Shown here: piece by piece, positions 9,920-18,137 of the stretch
Layout: the number at the start of each line of letters is the position of its first letter
Numbering within the stretch: the stretch's first letter is position 1
The notes under the pieces: model-generated
Told to the model about the DNA's origin: nothing
Databases searched by the model: none
The model's input: only the letters and a program-made list of their open reading frames with translations
Translations under genes and position numbers: made by a program
Assembly (NCBI GenBank): GCA_963662465.1
Contig: OY759599.1
Location: forward strand, 1,888,001 to 1,952,000
DNA: 64,000 nucleotides
Source: Desulfatiglandales bacterium
GTDB lineage: Bacteria > Desulfobacterota > DSM-4660 > Desulfatiglandales > Desulfatiglandaceae
Direction: 5' to 3'

Positions 9920-9983
9920 CGACCATTCTGCATCACTTTGCAAAAAAGTCAAGACTATCCCGCAAAGTAATGCAGAATGGTCG
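9920..9983. promoter_or_regulatory. 64-bp inverted repeat centred on the putative -35 box of the DUF4143 ATPase gene
   Basis: Arms CGACCATTCTGCATCACTTTGC / GCAAAGTAATGCAGAATGGTCG (1 mismatch in 22), core AGTC-AA-GACT; minus strand reads TTGACT-N16-CAGAAT. Confidence 0.75.
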
Positions 9984-10170
9984 GAATTATCCGGATCGAA
10001 ATACAAACGCTTGCACCTGATCTTTCACACGAAATCCATAAATCATTGAAGTTGTGCCGGTCAAGAATCCCATTCTTCCGTCAAAACATGCTGACGGACA
10101 AGCTGCGGATGTTTATATTGTGCCCCAAAAAATATGAGGTAGAAAATGCTTATCGGCACCGTTATAGCCG

Positions 10171-10242
10171 GCATAACCATGCCTTCCACTCGGACGGGAA
10201 CACCGCTAGGCTCCGTTCCCACCGGTGAAAGCCACGTTAACT
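10171..10242 (+). mobile_element. Integron attC-like recombination site
   Basis: R'' GCATAAC, L'' CTTCCAC, inner stem TCGG..GGGAAC/GTTCCC.CCGG, L' GTGAAAG, R' GTTAACT; 72 bp. Confidence 0.75.
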
Positions 10243-10291
10243 GGCAAAAAATAAAAATCTTTCCTTCCATAATCAAACTTCCATGATTAGA

Positions 10292-10357
10292 ATGAGGGAA
10301 AATCGCGTCAGGATAATCTCTGTGCGTCGCTCAAAAAAAGGTGAAAAGGATCTTTAA
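10292..10357 (+). pseudogene. BrnT-family toxin C-terminal remnant
   Basis: Translates to MRENRVRIISVRRSKKGEKDL*, the typical BrnT C-terminal RIIS.RR motif; the rest of the gene is missing. Confidence 0.6.
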
Positions 10358-10395
10358 GCGGGTGATGCTGCTGTTGGCCAAGAAGAAATGCTGAG

Positions 10396-10454
10396 ATATA
10401 ACCCGCAAGGTTGAAAATATCGCGTATGGATATGGCAACAATGCTGTGTTATAA
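10396..10454 (+). other. Imperfect hairpin bounded by ATATAAC...GTTATAA: degenerate attC or TA operator
   Basis: Pairings TATAAC/GTTATA, GCA/TGC, GTTG/CAAC, ATATC/GATAT immediately upstream of the TA pair. Confidence 0.4.
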
Positions 10455-10475
10455 AGTAGTGGGGGAGGAAACATT

Positions 10476-10676
10476 ATGAGCCTTGAAGAGAAGATCATTC
10501 GGCATGTTCAGGAACTGTCCGAGTCAAAAAAGGCTGAAGTCCTGGATTTCGTCGAGCACTTAAGAAACAAGACTGAAGAAAGAGAGTGGTCCGAATTTTC
10601 ACTCTCATCAGCCATGAGTGGAATGGAAAATGAGGCGTTGCCCTATTCTCTCGAAGATATCAAGGAATCGTTTTAA
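10476..10676 (+). CDS. DUF2281-family antitoxin
   Basis: 66 aa; L.E.KK.EVLDFVE.L motif, acidic tail; GGAGG RBS; TAATG overlap with the toxin. Confidence 0.8.
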   Translation: MSLEEKIIRHVQELSESKKAEVLDFVEHLRNKTEEREWSEFSLSSAMSGMENEALPYSLEDIKESF

Positions 10677-11023
10677 TGATTTCAGAAGGCCAAATAGTTC
10701 TCTTTCGTTTTCCCCAAACAGATCAGCAGTCTGGAAAACTCCGCCCAGCACTTGTGGTTCGAAAACTGCCAGGCCGTTACGAAGACTGGCTTATTTCCAT
10801 GATATCGTCCCAGCTAAATCAGGAAGTAACCGGTTTCGATGAGATTATCTCTCCAGAAGATCCGGATTTTCAAGATTCTGGCCTAAAAATGGCCAGCCTT
10901 ATAAGAGTCGGAAGGCTTGCCGTGGCAACTACCAACATTCTTATGGGAAATATCGGGCGAATAAGCGAAGTTCGGTTGACAAGGATAAGACATAAGCTTT
11001 CCCAATGGCTCCAATCCACATAA
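10676..11023 (+). CDS. PemK/MazF-family toxin
   Basis: GQIVLFRFPQTD....KLRPALVV, ISS and SGLK..S.IR motifs. Confidence 0.88.
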   Translation: MISEGQIVLFRFPQTDQQSGKLRPALVVRKLPGRYEDWLISMISSQLNQEVTGFDEIISPEDPDFQDSGLKMASLIRVGRLAVATTNILMGNIGRISEVRLTRIRHKLSQWLQST

Positions 11024-11254
11024 CTCATGCGCCGGACGCGGCAGGATATCAGGCTGATAGTTCCAGCGAATTGTAGTGTGTAAGCGCAAGTAATGGAATT
11101 AAATATCCTGTTTATTTCCGATCCATTGCTCTCATATTTCTTGTTGCATTATTCTTGTAGATATTTGAAAATACAGCAAAAGACCAAAGGCGAATATTTA
11201 CAGGTGCTGCTATATTTTCCATGAAATTCCATGCAATTAACAGGATCAGAGGGC

Positions 11255-11340
11255 GGCCAACCAAACACTCCACCAGACGCCTGATAGTCCCGCGGTCCTA
11301 GCAGGGACCGGTGGAGGCGATGGCGAGCTTAACGTTAGAC
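11255..11340 (+). mobile_element. Integron attC-like recombination site
   Basis: R'' GGCCAAC, CACTCCACCAGACGCC...GGCGATGGCGAGCT, R' GTTAGAC; internal GGTCC/GGACC stem; 86 bp. Confidence 0.7.
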
Positions 11341-11557
11341 TTAAAACGAACTGACCTATTCCGCCATTAAAAACGCCGACCAGGTCCTGAAACCTTAACC
11401 TTTCCCTCACCCCGTAAGAGAAACACCTACAAGCCCTTTTCAAAATTCCTACAAAAGAATCAGCAATTCGCCGATATTTTTCTGTTTTTGTTCAGGTTAG
11501 TCTCTACCCTGCCGTTTCGAAGAAATATTTTCAAACATCAGATTCCAGGAGAAAGCC

Positions 11558-12772
11558 ATGATCGATTTCAGCCTCACTGAGGAACAAAAACAGCTTCAGG
11601 AAACCGTTCGGCGGTTTGCCGTAAACGACGTACGTCCACTGGCCGTTGAAATCGACGGCATGGAAAATTCGGAAAGCCATTTCCCTCTGGAGCTGGTCAG
11701 AAAAGGGATGAAGTTGGGTCTGGGGAATGTGCTGATCGATGAGGCGTACGGCGGCTACGGGGGCAATCTTATGGATTATGCGCTGGTGGTTGAAGAACTG
11801 GGATACGGGGATGCGGGCATCGCCGATCTTTTCCTCGTAAACATCTCCCTGTCCCGTGTTCTGATCAAGGGGTGCAATGAACTTCAGAAAAAGAAGTGGC
11901 TCACGGCCATCTGCGAAGACGATTCCGGCGACTTCATCCTGGGGGGCGCCATGACCGAACCCTCGGGGGGTTCCGAAATCTTTTGTCCTCTTCCGGACCC
12001 CAAACTGGGTGTTCGAACCACGGCCGTCAGGAAAGGAAACGAATACGTCCTCAACGGGACCAAATGTTTCATTTCCAACGGGGGAGTTGCGAAAATCTAT
12101 CTGGTTCTGGCCAGAACGGACAAGGACGTCCCCAACAGCCAGGGTTGCAGCATATTCATTGTGCCCGATAAAACGCCGGGGCTCTCTTTCGGAACGCTGG
12201 AATCCAAAATGGGGCACCGTCTTTCTTCGGTCAGGGAAGTTATTTTTGAAGATGTTCATATTCCGGAAAGCAATCGGATCGGGGATGAAGGGCAAGGCGC
12301 TCAAATCCTTTTTGAGTGTTACGAGGGGAACGGGGTAGGCGTTGGGTCGAGCGCCGTGGGATTGTCTCGTGCCGCCTATGACGCCGCCCTCGGATATTCA
12401 AAGGAAAGGGTCATCTGGGGGCAACCCATTGCCCAATATGAATCCGTGGCATCACGACTGGTGGACATGCGAATGAAAATTGAAGCCTCCCGGGCATTGA
12501 TCTGGAAGCTGGCATGGGCCGCGGATCATCCGGAATTAAGCCGGGGATTGAGTCGACTGGGGGCCATGGCCAAGGTTTTTCCTTCCGGTTTTGTACGGGA
12601 AATTACCACCGGCGCCATGGATATCCTCGGGGGATACGGATACAGCCGGGAATACCCGGTAGAGAAGTATGTGCGCGATGCCATGCTCTTTCCCATTTAT
12701 GATGGCACCAATGATTTGTTGAAGCGGTTTATGGGGCAAATACTGCCGGAGGTTCCTTCGACAATTATTTAA
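11558..12772 (+). CDS. Acyl-CoA dehydrogenase family protein
   Basis: MIDFSLTEEQ start, AMTEPSGGS, LNGTKCFISNGG, LGGYGYSREYPVEKYVRDA, IYDGT. Confidence 0.95.
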   Translation: MIDFSLTEEQKQLQETVRRFAVNDVRPLAVEIDGMENSESHFPLELVRKGMKLGLGNVLIDEAYGGYGGNLMDYALVVEELGYGDAGIADLFLVNISLSRVLIKGCNELQKKKWLTAICEDDSGDFILGGAMTEPSGGSEIFCPLPDPKLGVRTTAVRKGNEYVLNGTKCFISNGGVAKIYLVLARTDKDVPNSQGCSIFIVPDKTPGLSFGTLESKMGHRLSSVREVIFEDVHIPESNRIGDEGQGAQILFECYEGNGVGVGSSAVGLSRAAYDAALGYSKERVIWGQPIAQYESVASRLVDMRMKIEASRALIWKLAWAADHPELSRGLSRLGAMAKVFPSGFVREITTGAMDILGGYGYSREYPVEKYVRDAMLFPIYDGTNDLLKRFMGQILPEVPSTII

Positions 12773-12820
12773 CAATAAACAATAAAGTCTGTTTTTTAAC
12801 CCAAAAAAGGAGAAGAAAAA

Positions 12821-13228
12821 ATGATTTCCATGAAAGATGCCAAAACCGGACAAGAGATGTTGGACTCATGGCAAAACCTGGTGGGAGATGGCGATATTGA
12901 AGACATCAAGGAGGTCTTCAATGTCTTTGCCGAAAAAATGCCCGAAATTCTCATGAACTTCACCCAGAGGCCCCTTGTGGAATCCCTGGAGAGAGGAACC
13001 CTGGAGCCCAAAACAAGAGAACTGGTGCTGGTGGGAATACTGGCTGCCATGGAATGCGGCCCCGGTCTCATCTTCCATATTCAGGGCGCCGTCAATGCGG
13101 GGGCCACGGAAAAAGAGATCCTGGAGGTCATTTTCCTTTCGGCGTATCAACATTGCAAGGTGAACGTCGCAGCCATCGGCCAGGGGGTGGCGGAAGGTTT
13201 TCGCCGCGCGGCCCTGATGAAAAAATAG
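12821..13228 (+). CDS. Carboxymuconolactone decarboxylase (CMD/AhpD-like) family protein
   Basis: LEPKTRELV.VG...A, HIQGAVNAGATEKEILE; no CxxC. Confidence 0.85.
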   Translation: MISMKDAKTGQEMLDSWQNLVGDGDIEDIKEVFNVFAEKMPEILMNFTQRPLVESLERGTLEPKTRELVLVGILAAMECGPGLIFHIQGAVNAGATEKEILEVIFLSAYQHCKVNVAAIGQGVAEGFRRAALMKK

Positions 13229-13296
13229 GCATATCCATGTGACCGAGCCGCCGCGGCGGTAAACGGGTTAATACCTACCGATAAAAGGAGGAAAAT

Positions 13297-14178
13297 ATGC
13301 TGTTTAGAAAATTGCATCCTTTTGATTACCACGAACCGGACACCCTGTCGGAGGCCGGGGAAATCCTGGCATCTCCGAACGTCACGGCGGCCATTCTTGC
13401 CGGCGGCGTCAGTCTGATCGACCAGATGAAACGCGGAATGCAACACCCGGACGTCATTTTAAGCCTTCATCGAATTAAGGACCTGAGGTTCGTGGAAACC
13501 TCCGATGGGACGCTCGGGATCGGCGCCCTTGCCACCCTGAAAGACGGCGAACGATCTTCGCTGGTCCGGGAACAATATGGATCTCTCTGGGATGCCATCC
13601 GCCAGATCGGATCGGTACAGGTCAAAACCATGGGCACCATTGTGGGCAACGTGGCCGCCTGTAATCCCGCATCCGACGTGGCCACGGCCCTGACCGCCCT
13701 GGGCGCCGAGATCAAGGTAGCGGGCCGGGGGGGAGAACGATCCATCCCCATCCAATTCTTTGCTGTCGACGTACGGAAAAACAGCCTTGAATCCGACGAA
13801 ATTGTTACCGAAATCAGAATCCCGGCCCCGGAAACCGGTTCGACCTGCGCCTTCCTGAACCTGGCGCGCACAAAGGAGGATATCGCCAAGGTGGCCGTAA
13901 GCGTCCATGCAGTCATCAAGGGCGGCATCATGGAAAATGTGCGTATCGCCCTGGGGGCCGTGGCGCCAATCATTCTGCGGGCATCCGCGGCCGAAGAAAT
14001 CCTCAAGGGAGAAAGACCCTCATTAACGGTAATTCAGGCGGCAGCGAGAGCCGCAGCCGAAAACGAGGGGGTCATTCCCATTACGGACTTGCGGTCAACG
14101 GCCCAATACCGTCGCGAGATGGTGGCGGTATTGACGGAAAGAGCCCTCTCAAAGGCTTTCAAAATCAATCTTAACTGA
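13297..14178 (+). CDS. Xanthine dehydrogenase-family FAD-binding (medium) subunit
   Basis: AGGVSL, GTIVGN, PASD, ALGAVAP, DLRSTAQYR. Confidence 0.93.
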   Translation: MLFRKLHPFDYHEPDTLSEAGEILASPNVTAAILAGGVSLIDQMKRGMQHPDVILSLHRIKDLRFVETSDGTLGIGALATLKDGERSSLVREQYGSLWDAIRQIGSVQVKTMGTIVGNVAACNPASDVATALTALGAEIKVAGRGGERSIPIQFFAVDVRKNSLESDEIVTEIRIPAPETGSTCAFLNLARTKEDIAKVAVSVHAVIKGGIMENVRIALGAVAPIILRASAAEEILKGERPSLTVIQAAARAAAENEGVIPITDLRSTAQYRREMVAVLTERALSKAFKINLN

Positions 14179-14197
14179 GCATAGGGAGGTTTCAGTC

Positions 14198-14674
14198 ATG
14201 AAAAAGATAAATGCCACATTCATTGTAAACAAAATTCCCTATGAAATACGCGTCGATGTCCATGCGCTGCTCATTGAAGTCCTGAGGGATGAATTGGGAT
14301 ATGGATTCAAAGGGGTTCATGAAAGTTGCGGTTCCGGCGATTGCGGGGCCTGTACGGTTCTCCTGGACGGCGAACCGATTCTGTCATGCGTGACCCTGGC
14401 CGTCACGGCAAGGGACCGGGAAATTACCACCATTGAAGGCCTTGCCAGGGGCGGGGTGCTGGATCCCCTGCAAAAGGCCTTTGTGGATCACGGCGCCCTC
14501 CAGTGCGGGTATTGCACCCCCGGCATGATCCTCTCCGCCAAGGCCCTGTTGGGCGAAAATCCAGACCCAACGGAATACGAAGTCAAAAAAGCCCTTGCCG
14601 GGAATCTATGCAGGTGTACCGGTTATAACAAGATCATTGAGGCGGTACAGAGCGTGGCGAAAGGGGGAGCATAA
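14198..14674 (+). CDS. Xanthine dehydrogenase-family [2Fe-2S] (small) subunit
   Basis: CGSGDCGACTV, QCGYCTPG, NLCRCTGY. Confidence 0.95.
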   Translation: MKKINATFIVNKIPYEIRVDVHALLIEVLRDELGYGFKGVHESCGSGDCGACTVLLDGEPILSCVTLAVTARDREITTIEGLARGGVLDPLQKAFVDHGALQCGYCTPGMILSAKALLGENPDPTEYEVKKALAGNLCRCTGYNKIIEAVQSVAKGGA

Positions 14675-14675
14675 C

Positions 14676-16967
14676 ATGGGCGATGAATTAAGGGTTGTGG
14701 GTAAAAATATACCCCTGAAAGAGAGTTACGACAAGGTCACCGGCAGGGCCGAGTACTGCACCACGGTTTCCATGGGGGGCATGCTGGTGGGAAAAATATT
14801 GAGAAGCCCCCACGCACATGCCAGGGTTCTGAGCGTGGATGCGTCCAAAGCGGAGGCGATTCCAGGGGTCATGGCGGTGATCACCCGTGATGACGTTCCC
14901 CAAAAAGTCTATACCACCAACGTGATGACCTACCAGCTCCCCGATGGAGAGCCACACGATATGGTCATGTTCGACAAGGTGGTGCGTTGCGTGGGCGACC
15001 CCGTGGCAGCGGTGGCGGCCGTCAATGAACCGGCGGCAAAGGCCGCTCTTGACGCCATCGAGGTGAAATATGAGGTCCTCCCGGCCGTATTCAACATCGA
15101 TGACGCCGTCAAGGAAGGGGCGCCCAGGGTTCATGAGAATGTGCCCGGCAACATCGGGGTCCCCCCGACGCCGGTATTTTGTTACGGCGATGTGGAAAAA
15201 GGATTTCAAGAGTCCGATGCCATCGTGGAAGGAACTTACGCCACCAGCAAGCAGATCCAGGCCGGCCTTGAGAATGCCTGCAGCGTGGCGGATTATCACA
15301 ATGGCAGACTGACGATCTGGAGCCAGACCCAGCTCCCGCACATGACAAAGCGAATGCTGGCCTATATTTTTGACTTGCCTGAATCCAGGGTCAGGATCAT
15401 CCAGCCCTATGCGGGATGCGGTTTTGGCGCGGGCACGGACCTTAACAATGAGCACATGGCCGCGGCCCTTTCCATGAAGGCGGGCGCCCCGGTAAAGATT
15501 AAATATGATCGGCAAGAGGACTTCACCAATCACTTTCCCCGGGAACACCTGGCGAAAATCGAAATGAAACTTGGCCTCACAAAGGACGGTGTTCCCAAGG
15601 CCCTTAAAGCCAAATATATTGGAGATGCCGGCGCTTATCTCTGTAAAACCGCCTCCGGTTGCGGGGTGGCCCTTGCCAGCAACATTACCGAATATGGGTT
15701 TGAAAGCATGTACCAGGAGATTGAAGCGCGCTACACCCATCACCTGGCGTCCGGCGCCATGCGTGGTTTCGGCGGCATGCAGTCCAGCTTTGTCCGTGAA
15801 ACCCTCATCGATGAGGCCTGCGAAAAAATCGGCATGGACCCCATTGTTTTCAGAAAGAAATATCACCGGGATGTGGGGGGCCTGGGCTGGTTTCCCATGA
15901 CGGAGATCTCCAGTTGCGGTCTGGAAGAATGTCTGGAAAAGGGCGCCGAGATGATCGGGTGGGAAGAAAGGCGGGGAAAAATGGCGCCTGAGGGTCCCAT
16001 TCGTCGGGGCCTGGGCGTTGCCGCCATGGGGTGGCTCAGCGGAGCACAACCCATGCTCATGGAACATTCAAATGCCATCCTCAAATTTAACGAAGACGGG
16101 GGATGCTCACTCATCGTTTCTCCCGGTAATTTGGGACAGGGCATTATCGGGGCATTGACCCAGATTGCGGCCGAAACCCTGGGACTCGATTATGAGGATG
16201 TCACAGTGGTCCTGGGAGATACCGACGTCACCGGCTTTGACATCGGCACCCATGCCTCAAGGGGATGCTATGTCATTGGGCGGGCCGTTCAAAAGGCCGC
16301 GGGAATAGCCAGGGGGAGGTTTCTGGAACGGGCGGCGAAACGCCTGGAAGTACCCCCTGATTCACTGGACATGAAGGACAAACGGATTTTCGTAAAGGAT
16401 GATCCCACCAAGGGCATAGGGTACGTAGAAATTGCCAGGGACCTGATTTACAACTATGAAAAAAATTGCGACCAGTTGGTGATCAAGGCCACCGTCGATC
16501 CCACCGAGTTTGCCCCTCCCTGGCAGGCCGGTTTCGCCGAAGTGGCGGTGGATACGCAAACGGGCGTAATTGAACTGGTCCGGTGGATAACGGTTCACGA
16601 CATCGGAAAAGCCATCAATCCCATGGTGGTGGAAGGCCAATTGGAGGGCGGCGCGGCCCAGGGGATCGGCTTTGCCCTTTACGAAGATACCATCATCAGC
16701 CAAGAAAACGGCGCCATGCTGACCGATGGGTTTGACAAATACAAAATCCCCACCACCCTGGATATGCCTGATCATGAGGCGGTTCTAGTAGAACTGGGGG
16801 ATCCGACCGGCCCCTTCGGCGCCAAGAGCGTCGGGGAATCGGGCATTTTCCTTCCGGCGCCGGCCATTGCCAACGCCATTTATGATGCAGTGGGCATCCG
16901 CATGCGGGAGGTCCCCATGACGCCTGAAAAACTGCTGGCCGCCATTCAGGAAAAAGAAAAGAACTAA
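14676..16967 (+). CDS. Xanthine dehydrogenase-family molybdopterin-binding (large) subunit
   Basis: LRSPHAHA, AMRGFG, GQLEGG, GPFGAKSVGE (catalytic Glu); start placed at ATG 14676 after a GGAG RBS. Confidence 0.95.
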   Translation: MGDELRVVGKNIPLKESYDKVTGRAEYCTTVSMGGMLVGKILRSPHAHARVLSVDASKAEAIPGVMAVITRDDVPQKVYTTNVMTYQLPDGEPHDMVMFDKVVRCVGDPVAAVAAVNEPAAKAALDAIEVKYEVLPAVFNIDDAVKEGAPRVHENVPGNIGVPPTPVFCYGDVEKGFQESDAIVEGTYATSKQIQAGLENACSVADYHNGRLTIWSQTQLPHMTKRMLAYIFDLPESRVRIIQPYAGCGFGAGTDLNNEHMAAALSMKAGAPVKIKYDRQEDFTNHFPREHLAKIEMKLGLTKDGVPKALKAKYIGDAGAYLCKTASGCGVALASNITEYGFESMYQEIEARYTHHLASGAMRGFGGMQSSFVRETLIDEACEKIGMDPIVFRKKYHRDVGGLGWFPMTEISSCGLEECLEKGAEMIGWEERRGKMAPEGPIRRGLGVAAMGWLSGAQPMLMEHSNAILKFNEDGGCSLIVSPGNLGQGIIGALTQIAAETLGLDYEDVTVVLGDTDVTGFDIGTHASRGCYVIGRAVQKAAGIARGRFLERAAKRLEVPPDSLDMKDKRIFVKDDPTKGIGYVEIARDLIYNYEKNCDQLVIKATVDPTEFAPPWQAGFAEVAVDTQTGVIELVRWITVHDIGKAINPMVVEGQLEGGAAQGIGFALYEDTIISQENGAMLTDGFDKYKIPTTLDMPDHEAVLVELGDPTGPFGAKSVGESGIFLPAPAIANAIYDAVGIRMREVPMTPEKLLAAIQEKEKN

Positions 16968-17005
16968 AGCCGGCGGCAATTCTCATTTTGGAATGATAAC
17001 CTTGA

Positions 17006-17035
17006 GGTAGAGACAAGGCATGCCTTGTCTCTACC
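17006..17035. repeat. Perfect 30-bp GTAG-type REP palindrome
   Basis: GGTAGAGACAAGGCATGCCTTGTCTCTACC between convergent genes. Confidence 0.85.
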
Positions 17036-17071
17036 ACAACATTTTGAAATAAGCAGCGGCCATCATGAGAA

Positions 17072-17890
17072 TTACGGGAGCGCTTCCGGAAGGGGAATCA
17101 AGGTTTTTTTACGTTTCTTGATTCTGAAGTACTGAGTATATCCCGCATCCCGAGCCAACTGAAGGGCGGCCGAAAAATCCTTACCCACCTCCCCGGGGCT
17201 GTGGGCATCCGACCCGAAACAGATGGGAATATCTCGTTCCCGCGCCAGGGATACGATCAGGGGCGACGGATAGATTTCTCCGACAAATTTTCGAAGCCCC
17301 GACGTGTTCAACTCCATCCCCATTCCCACTTCGGCCGCCCGATCCAACACCGGCTGCACCATCTCTTTCAGGTCTTCATCGGAAGGACGGTGCCCAAATT
17401 TTTTGGGAATATCCAGATGGCTGAGGGCATCAAAGAGGCGGGTATCCACCAGTTTTCCCACCAGCTCGAAATAACTGCGCCAGGTATCGGCAATGTCCAC
17501 CGAATCCCACACCTGCTTTACAGCAGGATTGTCAAAGCCCCAGTCGTCGATAAAATGCACGGATCCAAGCACAAAATCAAAATCCTGGAGATCAAGCCAT
17601 TTTTCAAGGAACGTCTCACACCCCTTATAATAATCCGCTTCAAGGCCAAACAGCACATTCGGCGATCTCCCGTCCATCTCGGCGCTGACCATCTCCCGAT
17701 AGATGGAAAACTCGTCAAGCTTCATCCGATGATCCCGGTCGTAACCGTCCGGGTTGGGGGCGTGATCTACGAAGCAAATCTCGGGAATTCCCAGGCGTTT
17801 TGCCGCCAGTCGATATTCAGTGGGCTCCCCGTTTGCGTGTTTACACAAAGCCGTGTGCATATGATAATCGGGCAATCGGTTTTCGGACAT
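17072..17890 (-). CDS. hisJ: Histidinol-phosphatase, PHP/HisJ family
   Basis: DYHMHT.LCKHA, DHAP, LGSVH, HLD.PK, GSDAH motifs; start could extend to 17926. Confidence 0.85.
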   Translation of the reverse strand: MSENRLPDYHMHTALCKHANGEPTEYRLAAKRLGIPEICFVDHAPNPDGYDRDHRMKLDEFSIYREMVSAEMDGRSPNVLFGLEADYYKGCETFLEKWLDLQDFDFVLGSVHFIDDWGFDNPAVKQVWDSVDIADTWRSYFELVGKLVDTRLFDALSHLDIPKKFGHRPSDEDLKEMVQPVLDRAAEVGMGMELNTSGLRKFVGEIYPSPLIVSLARERDIPICFGSDAHSPGEVGKDFSAALQLARDAGYTQYFRIKKRKKTLIPLPEALP

Positions 17891-18033
17891 GCCCTCTTTA
17901 TCAATTTGTTTTTCCCTATCGTTCATCCTGGTTATTACTCCCCGTGGTTCTTATTGTATTTCGAGATAGGCTCGTATAGCACGATTGAACCGCAATGGGA
18001 ATCTTGATTTGAAGGAAACGTCTCAACAATTAG

Positions 18034-18074
18034 AAAAAAAACGGAATTCCAAAAGATACTGGAATTCCGTTTTT
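18034..18074. terminator. Rho-independent terminator (possibly bidirectional) after the second xdh-type operon
   Basis: A-run, ACGGAATTCCA-loop-TGGAATTCCGT, T-run. Confidence 0.8.
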
Positions 18075-18137
18075 ACTGATCTTCACAAGGCTAATAAAGA
18101 AAACAACCCATCATAGCCTTTGGACAACCCTATAGAC

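Noticed and set aside
9977..10276. Small overlapping ORFs (83 aa +, 71 aa -) as genes
   Set aside because: They run through the palindrome and attC-like site, with no RBS or recognisable motif
14595..14675. N-terminal extension of the Mo subunit given by the ORF track
   Set aside because: Overlaps the Fe-S subunit gene; a better RBS and start lie at 14676
14688..16067. 459-aa antisense ORF
   Set aside because: Shadow of the Mo subunit on the opposite strand; no independent motifs
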